Assembly: GCF_004010195.1 (NCBI RefSeq)
Contig: NC_057719.1
Coordinates: 83,212,027 to 83,276,026 of the forward strand
Origin: Chiloscyllium plagiosum
Lineage: Eukaryota
DNA length: 64,000 bases
Direction of reading: 5' to 3'
The translations under genes were made by a program, and so were the position numbers. The notes under the pieces are model-generated. The model was given only the letters and a program-made list of their open reading frames with translations, had not been told where the DNA came from and did not search any database. Positions 63,326 through 64,000 of this stretch are shown here, piece by piece. The number at the start of each line of letters is the position of its first letter. The first letter of the stretch is position 1.

Positions 63326-64000
63326 CACAACACAGACAGAAGGTGCTGGATACAGAAGCTGCTGATACTAGCCCAGATATGAATGGCCTCTGCTCATGTA
63401 GCTATACCAACTCAGTGATGATCAGCCTCAATATACCAAAAGTGTCTCAATAACGGAAAGGCTGCTGAGTGGATTGTCTGGGTCTGCAGGGACAAGGAAG
63501 GCCTAGCATTTGTACGGTACCTTCCATCAGCTCAGGACACTCCCATAATGCTTTGCAGCTTTTTGAAGTTTACCTTTGGATTCCCAGAAGTCATTTTACT
63601 CACAGAGAACTCTCACTGCCGTGCCAAGGGAGCTTTCATGTCAACCTGAGAGGGCCAGCTCCTCTGGGATTGACAGTTCGTCTGACAGTGCAGCACTCCC
63701 TCCATTGCTGCACTGGACTGTCAACACGGATTATACATTCAAGTGTTTGGAGTGGGACTTGAACCCTTCACACTGCCACTAAAGGTGAAATAGATTCCAA
63801 CCGATCTTCCTGGTGTGTCTCAGGGATGGTATTCCCTGCACGTGTTAGGTGGAGTGGGGTTTTTCAGTGATTATAACAAGGTGAGCCAACTGCATCCAAT
63901 AGAATATGAGTGCCCTGATTAATCTGGTCCAATCAGGGACCTCTGGTTGACATCAAGGATGAGTGTCAGGGATGTTGAGCCCCATGAATGCCTGACTCCG

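Overview
Eukaryotic, repeat-dense genomic DNA from a cartilaginous fish. HE1/V-SINE and HER1/CR1 repeats indicate a shark or ray; a bamboo/carpet shark is my guess, not shown. The one recognisable host gene is the 5' part of PLEKHH1 on the minus strand. Its first coding exon (22299-22475, ATG at 22424) and next exon (2829-2891) are joined across a 19.4-kb intron, and its non-coding first exon/promoter is probably further right (candidate ~44.4-45.35 kb). The rest is intronic/intergenic: HE1 SINEs, CR1/HER1, Rex1/Babar-, Tx1- and Zenon-like LINE fragments, Deu-SINEs, Tigger-like MITEs, microsatellites and three assembly gaps. The most notable signal is about a dozen short Penelope-like insertions in two families. 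Most carry a recognisable, variably decayed minimal hammerhead-ribozyme motif (CUGANGA-stem II-GAAAC-GUH) with compensatory stem changes; some have target-site duplications and back-to-back copies. There is also a chain of plus-strand exon-like segments (48.8-62.7 kb) and several templated or local duplications. Nearly all ORFs in the supplied track are repeat-derived or spurious.
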